From assembly GCA_013416795.1 (NCBI GenBank), contig RQSC01000062.1, positions 99,861 to 163,860 on the forward strand: a DNA stretch of 64,000 bases, in the 5' to 3' direction. Shown here piece after piece: positions 11,001 to 21,663 of this stretch. Numbering within the stretch: the stretch's first letter is position 1; every line of letters begins with the position of its first letter. Under the pieces are notes generated by a model. It was given only the letters and a program-made list of their open reading frames with translations. It was not told where the DNA came from and searched no databases. Both the position numbers and the translations under genes were made by a program. This DNA is from Prasinococcaceae sp. CCMP 1430. Its lineage: Eukaryota; Plantae; Prasinodermophyta.

Positions 11001-11981
11001 CCCGCTCCGGGGCTCATCCAGGCGCTGCGGCAGGTTCTCCCATCCCACCCACCGCGTGTTGCCGCCGCTCACCGACAGCGCAAGGAGGGAGCGCGCAGCG
11101 GATCGCGCAGCCCCGTCGGCCCCGACGCCGTCGCTGCGGACCGCCTCGAAACCGGCGTCCATCGACAGCAGCGAGCGCACGCTTTCGCCTGCGCCTGCTG
11201 CTGCGCCGAGCAGCTCGTCGGCGAGTGCAAGCTCCTCGTCTGTCGGCACGACGCTAGCTGCAGGGGCGGGGGCGGAGGTGGCACCCTCCACATCCTCCGC
11301 GTGTGCGCCCCGCCTGCCTGCCCCACCGGACGCGCACCCGCCGCCCTGCGGCTGCTGCTGCTGTCTCGGCTGCTGGGGCTGCACGTGCCGCCGCTGCTGC
11401 TCCTCCGGCTGTTGCTGCTGCTCCCCGCGCCGCTCGTCTGCACCACCCTCGACCGCCACCGCGCGCTTGAGCATACCCACGATGCCGCCGCTCTGGCCTG
11501 TTGCCTCGTCGTTCTCGGCCTGCGCGGCGGCGCGGCGCTCGGCGGCGCGTACCGCCGCGTCCGAGGCGTCTGAGCGCGCCGCCGAAGCACTCGCGGGCGC
11601 GCCGCTCCCNNNNNNNNNNNNNNNNNNNNCGCGCCCCGCGCCCCGCGCCGCGCGCGCGCTCGCGCGCTCTTCGGCGGCGGCGGTGGAGCGAAGCAGGCCA
11701 AGGGCAAGGGCGCGCCGCAGAAGAGGGGTCGGGCGAGCGCCAAGGCCACCGACGAGGATGTTCCGTGGTACATCAGCAAGTGCGTGTGAGCGCTCCGTGC
11801 GCGCCGCCTGTGCGCGCTGCGTTTGCCCGTGCGTGACTCGCTGATGCGGTGGTCCCTCGCTGCGCCCCCCCCCCTCTCCCTCACGCCTCCTACGGTTCGG
11901 ACCGTCCGCAAACGCACACCAAACGCACGCAACGGAAAGGGAGCGCCATAAATTCCGCGAACTCTGTTTTCTCCCTTCCAT
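8070..11981 (-). CDS. Giant probable surface/secreted protein with two bacterial-type Ig-like repeats and three inserted FCCH-like beta modules; 5' end uncertain (spans N gap)
   Basis: Open frame 8070..12599. Motifs VTFSEPVVVYGSPRLKL / LAFEYRVQTG / SADLDYTGTDALDLDGG / LTLPKPGG..SLSYNKDLVIG, and a second copy VHFSEAV..LNFRYVVRRNDDTNDLQY. Three H-x-L-x-x-GD-x-[VI]-x-I-x-x-V-x-G modules. Confidence 0.7.
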   Translation of the reverse strand: MEGRKQSSRNLWRSLSVACVWCAFADGPNRRRREGEGGGRSEGPPHQRVTHGQTQRAQAARTERSHALADVPRNILVGGLGARPTPLLRRALALGLLRSTAAAEERASARAARGAGRXXXXXXXGSGAPASASAARSDASDAAVRAAERRAAAQAENDEATGQSGGIVGMLKRAVAVEGGADERRGEQQQQPEEQQRRHVQPQQPRQQQQPQGGGCASGGAGRRGAHAEDVEGATSAPAPAASVVPTDEELALADELLGAAAGAGESVRSLLSMDAGFEAVRSDGVGADGAARSAARSLLALSVSGGNTRWVGWENLPQRLDEPRSGPEVRQGRQSGHTHVTLAGGYWEAALINSVVQPANRVRSRRGAGDALGLASSGEGTLSGPYAGINQHDRLGLDKASGALSTAALHRDARCAFSHCRDDLQISLDAYPSLGSVDRVHLKIQPFVVGVTSYSPNRRADNYQYRNIFQIGSVEQSSADATVTTVGTHSLEVGDRVKIESVRGLDRHSINGIEFEVTDVSGTADGDGNDANGLLHATTFTLENVATGAALDSTGMDWDVSSAFVLRQPTPTNAVPNPAHGEHDWSYEEDDLIYIFVTFSEPVVVYGSPRLKLDLGSHFEAGAADHYATYAGGGFGEKKAFWKNNEPNPLKKGEEAYSLANQRRYGEFASSPGLSNDAHTDNSAMEDPLQLFADGVCASSSEGCTSADTSTVGTVFKVRGTHTLSTGDIVIIRGVYGPDADSLNKQFTVGSHVTKWEFSLEPPLDISGLTFYTGRLGGSETSVPPGSGYIAGARYTPGSDHDTPESSAVTIQRVNTGIRCRSHSLEGGGLTDASAHGNHYCTFSSDTYTSTGLAFDGGNTVSSLRRERQFDEERIEQSMDNILAFEYRVQTGARGAGGADGYDQNVGALALTSGQTHLSADLDYTGTDALDLDGGNATIKRACADHYQVSEITAADPAVLTLVSHASPQTSGSVAAMHTLLAGDIIYIAGVGGTDAGTVNGKYTIVSVTGDRITLGVTTCAVPGVSTGYSGSGAVSGASCGVSSPNFSSLSFTVDVTTAYVRRKNVYNNDYSRCKFNDALLTLPKPGGAMLGSHGATQSLSYNKDLVIGRAYVQNVTSDVHDTTYGYNTGYGINTGGDNSAGVPDVIDVKVHFSEAVKASCGADNDQWVFQEHYMGLYYRVCAQIKLVLVTIDDTNGMNDNSTTGLPGEPIFPTGFLYETGSDPPTVLNFRYVVRRNDDTNDLQYLDTHSLYVNEFSGEDSHIRRVADNKLAGIKLPPTERDGARHPSSLAAQKSIKIKATF
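11610..11629. other. Assembly gap (20 N)
   Basis: N run. Confidence 1.
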
Positions 11982-12448
11982 CTCCGCTGCAGTCAATCCC
12001 CGTGGCACCGAAATGAAATGCTCGACCCTCGACAGCTGGCACAACCGACATGTCGGTCGGTGGGCACAACGGGTCTGAGAAACGCCAGTACAGATCAAAA
12101 GCAATGTCGCGGGCACGGCCTGGCCATGATGCCATGGCCATGGCATGGCCATGGCATGCCGCCATGCGCAAGAGAGGCTGCCCTTGGTATCGCCGCGCCC
12201 GGCCTCGATCCCGCGTGGCACGGCACCAAGGGCGAGCTGCCCTTCACCAACTCGACCGCACGGCGGCGCGCGGCGGCGCGCTTTCCGAAGCGCTCGGGCG
12301 AGGGGCGCTGCGGCGCCCGCCTGGAGCAGGTTGCCACGGGCGCGGCGTAGAGGTCTTAGGATCGAGGAGGGGGTTGAGTCGGGTGTGTGGGGGCGCATCG
12401 TCCACGGTGCCCGCCGCGTGGGAAATGGGTGTGGCAGAAACCGAGTGA

Positions 12449-13446
12449 ATGGACGGCTCGAGCGAGCACAGCGGCGCCGGCGCCGGCGCCGCGTCCGCGA
12501 GCTTCCTCCAGCAGCGCCACGGGGCACTCTCGCCCGCGGCGGATGGCACGGAGCTCGCGGCAGGTGAGCAGCAATCGGCACAAACACAAAGCGCGCCACC
12601 TCCGCCGCTAGCGCGTGCAGACAGTGCGGTTAAGCGCATGCTCGAAGTTCCCGTGTTTGATGGCGCCGGCACCTCCGGCAGGCACGGCGTGTTGCCGATC
12701 ATCTCGCCGGCAAGCGCAATGGAGCTAGCGCGGAGGCTGGAGGATGCGGCCAATGCACTGCTTTCACCACCACCACAGCCACCACCGAAATCCCCATCGA
12801 AGCAGGGTGCGGCAATGCCCCTCATGCCACCGCTGCCCAGGGCCGTCGCAGGTATCGGCAGTAGTGGGAAAAGGTCCGCGCGCCCACCGCCCCTCGCGAG
12901 CAGTCCAGCAGTGCGGCCCCCGCCACTGCCGAGGGATGCACGTAGGGTGAGAGAGGGAGCACCCGAGCGCTCTCCTGCACCTCTGGCTGCCTACGGAGCC
13001 GATACGTCACCGAGCGGCGATGCGTCGCCCATGACGCCTGTCGGTGAGGCTCTTTTGGGTCCTGTCGAGGAGGTCGAACGAGCGCACGTTGGTGAGCCGG
13101 CTCAGCAGCATTTGCACGAGTCATCTCGCCACCGCAGGGAGTCACTGCGGCAGCGGCAGCAGACCGGAGAGCAGCGAGGGCAGCAGCAGCAGCAGCAGCA
13201 AGGGCAGGGGCAGGGGCAGCAGGGGCAGCAGCAGCAAGGGCAGGGGCAGCTTACCGAGCAGCAAGTGCTGCATACGGAGCAAGAGCAGCCTGAAATGAGG
13301 GAAGAATTGCCATCGCAGGAAGCGACTGCACGGCGAGGCCGCCTGCGAGACAGACGAGAGATCTTCGAGCGCTTTGATGCAGCTGTTGCGCAGCCAGCGC
13401 CAACCCCTCCGCCCATAAACCACAGCAGCAGCAGCAGCAGCAGGGG

Positions 13447-13483
<37 letters not shown>

Positions 13484-15385
13484 GCCGGCAGCAGCAGCAG
13501 GGGCAGCAGCAGCAGCGGCAGCATCAGTGGACTTGAGCACCTGGATGACGGTGACAGCGTTCGGAACGGGGCATTCGGTGCCGATGAGGACGAGCCCACG
13601 ATGGCGGAGCGTGACGCCGCTGAGCAACGTCTCCTTGCCGCCGCGTCGTCGGTGCCCGTGCCGCGCGAAGCCCTGCTACCACAGCGCGAGGCGAACCCCG
13701 CTCCGACCGCGCCCGTATCCCTGGCTGCCGCTGACGGGTACTCGTCACCGCTACCGGTTCCACGCGTCGTGGTGCCGCCGCGGCGCGAACCAAGCCCGAT
13801 GCCGCTGCCCCGTGCGGATGAACCCCCGCTGCAGACAGAAGAGAACGAGTGGCCCGCGGCGTGGGCATTCATGCGCTCGCCCGAACGCCTGCGTGGGGAC
13901 AGAGCGCGGGGCGCTCAATCATTGAACTCCCCGCTGGGATCGCCGGGCGATGCGAGGGGGGCACCGCCGACTGTTCCTCGGGGTGGCAGGGCGGTGCCAC
14001 CCGAGCCAATGAGCCCGCTCGACCTCGATCACGACGCTATTCTGCACTCGCCGCGCCTGCGCGAGGCGGCCGGCCGGGGCGATCAGACACGCAGTTCGGC
14101 GGCTAGAATGCAGGTGGCCGCCGTGCCTTTGTCCGATGAATCTGAAAGCGAGTCATCGCGCGCGGAGGCGGCACCGCCACCTCGAGGGGACGTCATGGGC
14201 AAGGACGCCCCGGGTGAGTCGGAAGCATCGGCGTCGGATGGAGACTCTGATGAGATGTGGGGAGAGGAGGTCCATCTGGAACTTGCCCCTGCGGTCACTG
14301 GGCGCCCGGATGGCCGCGGTCGTGTGGGGTCTCGGCAGACCATAGATCCCTCAGCAAGGTCTGGGCGCGGCGTAGAACGCGGCCGAGGCGCAACCGCTGC
14401 CGCGCGGCGTACGCGTGCTCTTGAGAGCTCCTGCGCGAATGACGACGCGGATGACACAGACGTTGCGAGCGAGACCGCCGCGGAGGCCCCGGTACAGGCG
14501 CAGGCCGGGTTGGCAAACTCGGACGAAAGCTCGCCTGATGCCGCATCTGTGGCATCCTCGCTTCGAACCAATGCTCTGTACGACGAGGACCAGGACGACG
14601 GCGGGGACAGCGCAGCGGGCGCCAATGAGTCGGTTGAAAGGGGCAGTGCGGATGCAGAGGATGGGCGCACCCTTGCTGTACTCCCGCTGCGCGGTGCGGC
14701 GACGCGCAGCGCCGCAGATGTGCTGCGTGCTAGACGCAAGGGCAAAGAGAAAGCCGACTTGGAGAAGGGAAGTACCCAAGAGGGCGGAGCAGAAGAGCCG
14801 GGCAGCGACGGCGGACCTACCGATAATGGAGGAGGTGCCGGTCGTGCCGACAAACTAGGCGGTGGCAGCAGCAGCGGTGGTGGCAGCGACAGTACCAGCA
14901 ATGGCACCTTCACGAACGAGGCGTTCGACTCAAGCAGCGCCATCGAGGAACAGGAAGGGCGGATCTGGGAGCTGGAGGGAGCTGTCGCACGCGGCCAACT
15001 CGAGATCGAGGAGCTTCGGAAGGCGCAGGCGGAGGAGGTCTCACGGATGGCTGCCGCTCACCGGACATCAATCGCGTCGATCAACGCAGCGCAGCGCGAC
15101 CAGCGCCGCCTGCTGGCCAAGTCAGAGTCGGCCCGCGAGCATGCGCGTAAGCAGCACGCCACGCTGCTGCAGCAGCTCGAGATTCGCGACGACGAGGCGC
15201 TCGCCACGCGCCGGCGACTCAAGGTGGAGCGCAGCCGCGCGCAGGCGCTCGAGGAGGCGCTCGAGACGGCTCAGAGCGATGCCGCGCGCCTCTACCAGAG
15301 CCTGGCGTCCCTGCGGAGGGCCTTCGGCGTGCTCATGTGCGCCTGTGCGGCCGTCGGGCTGCGAGTCGTGCTCGGCCCTCGTTAA
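12449..15385 (+). CDS. Hypothetical low-complexity protein with C-terminal coiled coil and hydrophobic tail
   Basis: 978-aa intact ORF with Q/S/P-rich tracts, a heptad-like region [20 protein letters not shown]...[10 protein letters not shown], and terminal [17 protein letters not shown]. Confidence 0.7.
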
Positions 15386-15651
15386 AACAAGCGTACAGTA
15401 ATGAATGCCAATTTCATCTCATGTCTCTGCGCCCGCATGCACCCCTTCCATTCCGCTCCCACACACACGCGCACGCGGGCGCGCATCCATCGCTCTTCAA
15501 TTTCGCGTATTATGTCACATCGAATCGGATTATGTGGTTTTGGAAGAACTCATTTCGAAGTCAAAATGATCGGGGTCTGTATTGAATTTTTGCGTGCGTT
15601 TTGACGTGCGGGCGCGCCGTCGGCCCGCACACGCCGCGCGCGCGTTCAAAT

Positions 15652-15660
15652 TTTTCGCGC
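15652..15660 (+). promoter_or_regulatory. E2F-like site (TTTTCGCGC) upstream of CAP-H2
   Basis: Matches TTTSSCGC about 180 nt upstream of a cell-cycle gene. Confidence 0.35.
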
Positions 15661-15840
15661 GCGCGCACCCTCGAGACACGCCCCTGGGTGTGGGTGTGGG
15701 TGCGGGACGGGAGGGGGGGGGGGCAGGGCGCCCCACACCGTGCGGCCCGCGCGCGTCCGCGCGCGCAGCCGCCACAGCCCCACTCCCTCCCGCGAGAGAG
15801 GGGCCGGGGCGTGCCGCGCCGCGCCGCTTGAATCGCGAGG

Positions 15841-17937
15841 ATGTCGCAGCGCCCGAGCACACGCCGCGCGGCCGACGCGGAGGATGACGCAGCGGCGCGC
15901 TTCAAGCACCTCATCGAGCCTATCCGCGACCTTGCCAAGAACTGGAACGTCGACGTCGCGTCCGAGCTTGAGGACTACATCGGCGAGCTCGAGTCCATAT
16001 CGTTCTCTGCGGACGGCGGTGTGACACAACTGAACTTCGCTGAGGCCGCGCTGCTCATCCAGGGCAGCGCGTGCATCTACTCAAAGAAGGTCGAGTACCT
16101 CTACGAGCTCGTGTTCCAGGCGATCAACTTCATCGAAAAGCGCAAGAGGAAGGAGAGGGAGGCGGCCAAGCTCGGTTCGAGCGTCAGTGCGGATGGCGCC
16201 GACAAGGACGTGGACCCCCTCGACGAGGACGAGCTCGATTTCCTCATGCTCGACGACGACATCCCCGAGGCCGAGGAAAGGGCCATCAACATGCGCGAGA
16301 AGGACCTGGAGATGGAGACGTGCCCACCGCCGACGGCGTACCGTCCAAAGTTCCCGTGGCTTCTGCGCCAGGCCACCGACCGTGGCGACGGCGAGTACAA
16401 CCTGAGCCAGATGCACGTTCACCGCTCGGGCGCGCTGCTGCTCGACCAGGGTGACATCAAGGCGCTCGACGACAACCTGGAGCCCGTCGCACAGCCCAAC
16501 TTTGAGGACATTAACGCCGCCGGTGACTTCGGTGCGGGTGGATACGACGACGACGACGACTTCGGCGACGGCGGCAGCGGCGACTTCGGTGAGGGTGGTG
16601 CGCCCGGCGAAGCCCCTGCCAGCGGCTACTGGGTAGCGCAAGAGCGCGCGGCAGGAGGGAACGTGCCGCCGACGCCGGCGCTGACCTTGCATGGCGAAGA
16701 TGAGGAGGAGTACAACCCGTACGAGCCGCTGGATGCCGACGACGCCAAGGGCGTGGGCAAGCTCACCGTGCGGCCCTTCCGGAAGGGGCGCACGCAGCTC
16801 AGCAAGTCGGCTATCGAAGGCGAGCCCGTCGGCGCCTCGCCCGCGGAGGGCGTGTCGCGCAGCGGCGTCGACCATGGAGTGCGCGTGTCCGCCGCGCCGA
16901 CGGCGCCGACGGTGCTGTCGCAGCCCGCCTTCAAGGAATTCTCGTTCGCCTTCGAGGCCGCGCGGCGGGCCGCGCGCGCCCTGCGGAGGGCGAATGCGCG
17001 CCGCCTTAGTGGGCTGTCGCCGGGTCCTGGCCAGCGTGCGGCCGAGCTCACGCCCGGAAGCCGCGCGGCGGCATTTGACGCGCCCGCGGCGCAGGATGAT
17101 CCCGGCTACGAGGACGACATGCCCGACTTCGGTGGCGGTGGAGATGACTTCGACGACGACGTGGATGGCGACATGGGTGCTTTCCCCGATGTTGGCGAGC
17201 AGGGGGCAGCGGGCACGTTTGGCTGGCTTTCCGGGGACGGCAACAACGCGGCCGCGCTGTCCACGCCGCGCTCGGCCTCGGCAGCGGTGTCGTATGCCGA
17301 GCTGGTGCGCGCCAAGGTGGACGAGCTGCTGGCGCGCACACTGGCGTCGGAGCGCGTGACGGAGCTCTCGCGGCGCGTGACCAATTGGCGTGACCAGATC
17401 GAGCCCGCGCTTGAGGAGGAGGAGAAGGCGGCGGCTTTCGACATCCACCAATACGGCGACGGCGTGCTCAGTGCGGTGGCCATGGACGCCAAGACGGGCA
17501 AGCGCAAGGCCGACGACGTCGTTCGTGGCACCAAGATCGATTTCGCCGACGTCTTCGCCGCCGCGCGCCGCGCCAAGGTGGACGAGGCCACGTCGCGCGG
17601 CGAGGATCCTTCGACGGCGGGGGCGGGCACCGAGGCCGGCGAAATCGCGCGCACTTTTGCGGCGACGTTGCAGCTCATCAACGACGGGGCGCTGGAGATT
17701 GAGGCGATCGTGGATGACAGTGAGAGTGAGGTTGGAGAGGGCGGTGCGGGGGCTGCGGACGCCGGAGTGGCGAAGAGCTTCAAGATCACGGTGCTTAACC
17801 CACACAGGCAAGAAATCACCACCGCGTATGACCAGATCGATGGGGGGGAGAATGTCGCGGCGCAGGCAGAGGCGAAGAAGCGCAAGGGCTCGAAGCGCGC
17901 AACTGCGGACACCGCCTTGCGTGAGACACAGGCGTGA
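15841..17937 (+). CDS. NCAPH2: Condensin II kleisin subunit CAP-H2
   Basis: [52 protein letters not shown]; C-terminal FDIHQYG and [14 protein letters not shown]. Confidence 0.95.
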   Translation: MSQRPSTRRAADAEDDAAARFKHLIEPIRDLAKNWNVDVASELEDYIGELESISFSADGGVTQLNFAEAALLIQGSACIYSKKVEYLYELVFQAINFIEKRKRKEREAAKLGSSVSADGADKDVDPLDEDELDFLMLDDDIPEAEERAINMREKDLEMETCPPPTAYRPKFPWLLRQATDRGDGEYNLSQMHVHRSGALLLDQGDIKALDDNLEPVAQPNFEDINAAGDFGAGGYDDDDDFGDGGSGDFGEGGAPGEAPASGYWVAQERAAGGNVPPTPALTLHGEDEEEYNPYEPLDADDAKGVGKLTVRPFRKGRTQLSKSAIEGEPVGASPAEGVSRSGVDHGVRVSAAPTAPTVLSQPAFKEFSFAFEAARRAARALRRANARRLSGLSPGPGQRAAELTPGSRAAAFDAPAAQDDPGYEDDMPDFGGGGDDFDDDVDGDMGAFPDVGEQGAAGTFGWLSGDGNNAAALSTPRSASAAVSYAELVRAKVDELLARTLASERVTELSRRVTNWRDQIEPALEEEEKAAAFDIHQYGDGVLSAVAMDAKTGKRKADDVVRGTKIDFADVFAAARRAKVDEATSRGEDPSTAGAGTEAGEIARTFAATLQLINDGALEIEAIVDDSESEVGEGGAGAADAGVAKSFKITVLNPHRQEITTAYDQIDGGENVAAQAEAKKRKGSKRATADTALRETQA

Positions 17938-18091
17938 GCATGCCTGCGTGCGCGCGCGCGTGCGGCGGGCGACATTGGCTAGGCGAGACGAGTAACCAAA
18001 GATAAAACACAAACGGGCGCAGCGGGCGATCGGTCTCAGAGTACACGTGAATTTACAAGGCGGCGTGCTACAACTCGCAAGGGAGCCACCC

Positions 18092-18655
18092 TCATTGAGC
18101 GTCGAGATGCAGCTTCTTGTACTTTGCCGCGCGCTGGGCGGCCGAGCGCGCCTGCTCAGCAGCGCGCCGCGAGTCGGGCAGCGAGCACGCGAGCGTCGCG
18201 CCGACGTACGCGTCCTGCAGCCACTGGCCGTGCATCTCGAGCAGCTTGCCGCCCTCCTTGATCTCAGCGACGCCGCAGCCATGCAGCTGACCCGCGCGCC
18301 AGCGCCCGCACACCTTGCTGCCATCGTCAAACGTGTGGCAGCCGGCGCCGTGCGGCTTGTGGTCGTGGAACTCGCCTTCATAGCACCCGCCCGCAGCGTA
18401 CCAGAGCGAGCCGACATTCTCGGCCTTGCCGTCCTGCGCCCGGCGTGGGTGCGCGCAGGGGAGAGGCGGCGGCCGATCGTCAGGGAGTTAGCGGCAAAGC
18501 TCGTGGCTATGGTCGACGCTGCTACACGCATGCGCCCTCCTCACACGCACCTTTGTGTGGCCGTCGTACCGGCTGCCGTCGCGGAAGACCAGCTCCTCGA
18601 AGCGCAGCGCCCCACCGCCGCCGCCCGTCGTCGCCGCCGCGGCTTTGTGCGCCAT
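18092..18655 (-). CDS. MORN-repeat protein; exons 18551-18655 and 18092-18433
   Basis: FRDGSRYDGHTK|DGKAENVGSLWYAAGGCYEGEFHDHKPHGAGCHTFDDGSKVCGRWRAGQLHGCG; phase-0 GT-AG intron. Confidence 0.85.
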
Positions 18656-19302
18656 CCCCCCTCCCGAAGCACACGCCCTCCCTCCCCCCTACACCTCGCC
18701 CAGATCGCGCGCCGCGCGCCGCGCGCCGCGATTCGCCGCCCACGCCCTGCGATCGCACGGCGCCCGCGGCGCGCTCGCAGCACCAGGCGGCCGCCGTCCG
18801 CAAGAGGGCACGCACGCACGCGTGCGCTGTGTGGGCCACCCCTCGCAACACCCCCGCCGCAGCCCGCGCCGCGCCGCTGGCTGGCACGCCGCAGGCGTTC
18901 TCGTGCCTTCGTTCTGATGGCGCATAGAAAGCTCGCCCGTGGGCAAATGACTCTGTTTCCAGGGGCCCCGCGTCAGAGACTTCTCCATCGAACGCGCGCA
19001 CATGCGTGCGGCCGTGCCTGGCGTGCCAGCGTGTTCAGGATCCCAGGCGCCCCCGAACCCTATCCGCTCTCACAAAGACCGGGTCATCCCATGGCTGTAC
19101 CGGATATGCACGCGAAAATTGGCTGCAAAGACCGGGGTCAGACCCGATTCAGGCCGGGGTCGGCGTGTCCGCGCGCGCGCCGCCCTTGGGCACGGGCCGC
19201 AAAAGCGATTCGAAACTGGCGCGCGCGCGCCGCCAGCCTCGCTGCAGCGCGCCCTGTCCGCCGACGATGCCACTCCTGCCCCGCCTAGCGGGCGGGGAGG
19301 AA

Positions 19303-19335
<33 letters not shown>
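19303..19335 (+). repeat. Poly-G homopolymer (33 nt)
   Basis: Directly visible. Confidence 0.95.
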
Positions 19336-19336
<1 letters not shown>

Positions 19337-19379
19337 GAAGGTGTGCAGGGGGCGGCAAGAAGGAGGAGGGGCAGAGGCG

Positions 19380-21551
19380 ATGGCGCCCGAGGTTGGCGCA
19401 GGCTTGGGCGTGGGCGCGCGGGCGCGTGCGTGCCGCGTGCACGTGGACGTGCCAGTCGCAATCGGCGAGCGCGGGCGGGGCGTGTTCGGCGGCATAGGTG
19501 GCACCAGCGCGGGCGGCGGCAGCGGCGCCGCCGAGAGACGGGCGGCACGCGAGCGACGCGCCGCAGCGCACGCCGCTGAGGTGGCGCGGCTCGCCAAAGC
19601 AAAGCTCGCGCGGCGCGCGCACAAAAACACGCGTGTCGGCAAGACCAAGGCGGCGCACACGCAGAAGGCGCGAGCGCCGCTGCAGACGCTGAAAGAGGCC
19701 TGCGAGGAGAAACAGAGGAGAGCACACGGAAAGAGGAGGTCCGCCGCGGGCCGTGCTCTGCGAGCGTGGGCGGCGTATGCCGAGGCCGCGCGCTCGCACC
19801 GCGCGGCAGCTCTCGTGGCGTGGAGGGTACACTGTCGCGAGCAGCAAAGGCGTGGGTCGCAGGCGCCGCGTGACCTGCAGGCACGCGCGCGCGTGCCAAG
19901 CGACCGTGCCGGCGCTGGCCCGGACTCGGACGTCTGCGGCGATTCTTTCGAGGCGGTGTTGGACTCAGCGCCCCCGTCCTCGGCATACACAAGCCCAGAC
20001 TCAACGCACGGCGCGCGCGCGCACGGCAGCAGGGGTGAGGGTGAGGGCGCACCGAGCGGGCGGCGGCTAAGCGACGCATCCGTCTCGGATGCCAGCGCCG
20101 CGGAGGCGTTCTCGCCCTCGAAGAGCTTGGCGAACGTGAGCACTCTTGCGGCCGCGCTCACGCCAGGACTTTCGCCAGCGACGATCGGGCGCGCTGGTCC
20201 TGGGACGTTGGCGCATATGAGCGTGGACTGCAGCACCGACCCTGGCCGCGCGCGCGCGCCCAGGCCTTCCACGGCGCCCTCAGTCGCTAGTTCGGAGGAA
20301 CGCGGCGAGCGCCTGATGGCCAGCTTGCGACAGAGCGATCCCTACCTGTACCTCCTGTGCGAGGCACGCGCTGGGAACGCAGGAAGCGCGCACACGCTCA
20401 CTCCAGCGCAGGCGACCTCGGGGGGCAGCACGCGGGGCGCGCTCGCAGACGCCGGGGGTGCAGCAGAAGCCTCGACCAGAGCCGGCGCATCCACAAGAGC
20501 ACCAGACGCATCGAGCGCCGATGCGAAGGCGTTCGGCGGTGGCGTCCCCGTGAGCGCTGACCGTCTTCGTGCTTCGGAAATGAGCGCATGTGCAAGCCGC
20601 GACCAAGTCTGCGACTCCCCAGCTCGCCACGCGGCGGTGGCACAGTGGCTACAGTCCACGACGCCGCCCAAGGGAGCCAACGCCGCTGAGGATGTCGCCA
20701 GACAGATGGATGAGCCCGTGTGCGTTGGCGCAGACTATGTGGACGAGGCGGAGTTTTGGATGCTTGAATTGCAAGCAGAGCGCGTCAGTGGCGCCAACGA
20801 TGCTTCTGCGGTGCAAGCCACGCGCGCACAAGCGCTGGCAGCAATGGTGGTGCACCTCGCGCGACGTGCGGGAATGCGGCGCGCAATGCTTCGCTGGATC
20901 GCTGCCTTGCATTCTGCACAGGAGGAGCTTGTTGTCATGACGCTCGCGGCGGGCACGGCTGCGTGCGCGCAACGCCGTGCACGCATCGCCTTGAGGAAGT
21001 GGTCGCGGGCATCACGCCGCTCTCATCTGGCGCACGCGTTGCACATGCACGCCTCAGCGGCGTTCCATTGGCGGATGACGTCGCAGGCGCGTGCGTGGCA
21101 GGCTTGGACAGCTGCAGCCGTTTGTGGTCGCGGGGATGCCGAGGGGACGGTGCACTTAGCGCCAGCGCTGAACAGATTCAGTGCGCGTGCGCCTGCTGAC
21201 CGAGGCGGCCGAGACGCTGACCTCGCTGGGCGAGCGCGTGGGCGCGCGCCTGCGACCCTCATGCAGCGGCAGGCGCTGTGGCGTTGGCGCACGAACGCTC
21301 TCCGCGCCAGGGCAGTGCGAGTGGCGTCCGCGCGTCGCAGCATGGATGTAGCGCGAGGGACGTTACTCGCATGGCTGCGCGTTGCGATGCTCTCCACCAT
21401 CGGCCCGACCTTGTCTGCAATTTGGCTCGGCCGCCGCTGCCGCTTGGCGCTGGTCAAGTGGCACGCACTCGCGCGCGCGCCGGCCAACGATGCGCACGCT
21501 GCACTTGCCGAGTGCGATGCGCTGCTCTTCAGCCTCAATCCGTCGGTCTGA
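19380..21551 (+). CDS. Hypothetical protein with Trp-spaced basic helical repeats (SFI1-like?)
   Basis: Intact ORF with recurring A/L-x-x-x-W motifs (RALRAW, AMLRW, ALRKW, AWQAW, ALWRW, LLAW, LVKW). Confidence 0.55.
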   Translation: MAPEVGAGLGVGARARACRVHVDVPVAIGERGRGVFGGIGGTSAGGGSGAAERRAARERRAAAHAAEVARLAKAKLARRAHKNTRVGKTKAAHTQKARAPLQTLKEACEEKQRRAHGKRRSAAGRALRAWAAYAEAARSHRAAALVAWRVHCREQQRRGSQAPRDLQARARVPSDRAGAGPDSDVCGDSFEAVLDSAPPSSAYTSPDSTHGARAHGSRGEGEGAPSGRRLSDASVSDASAAEAFSPSKSLANVSTLAAALTPGLSPATIGRAGPGTLAHMSVDCSTDPGRARAPRPSTAPSVASSEERGERLMASLRQSDPYLYLLCEARAGNAGSAHTLTPAQATSGGSTRGALADAGGAAEASTRAGASTRAPDASSADAKAFGGGVPVSADRLRASEMSACASRDQVCDSPARHAAVAQWLQSTTPPKGANAAEDVARQMDEPVCVGADYVDEAEFWMLELQAERVSGANDASAVQATRAQALAAMVVHLARRAGMRRAMLRWIAALHSAQEELVVMTLAAGTAACAQRRARIALRKWSRASRRSHLAHALHMHASAAFHWRMTSQARAWQAWTAAAVCGRGDAEGTVHLAPALNRFSARAPADRGGRDADLAGRARGRAPATLMQRQALWRWRTNALRARAVRVASARRSMDVARGTLLAWLRVAMLSTIGPTLSAIWLGRRCRLALVKWHALARAPANDAHAALAECDALLFSLNPSV

Positions 21552-21663
21552 CTTCTGACTGTACCATACAACCTCGCTGCAATTTTTTTAATCAAACACG
21601 TTCGACACAGCAGCCCTGTTCGAAGGAGCTAGAACGCCGACGCCACTGGTGCGCGCATTGCGC

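Noticed and set aside
13170-13520. CAG-rich tracts as a separate element
   Set aside because: Ordinary polyQ/polyS coding low complexity, common across this window.
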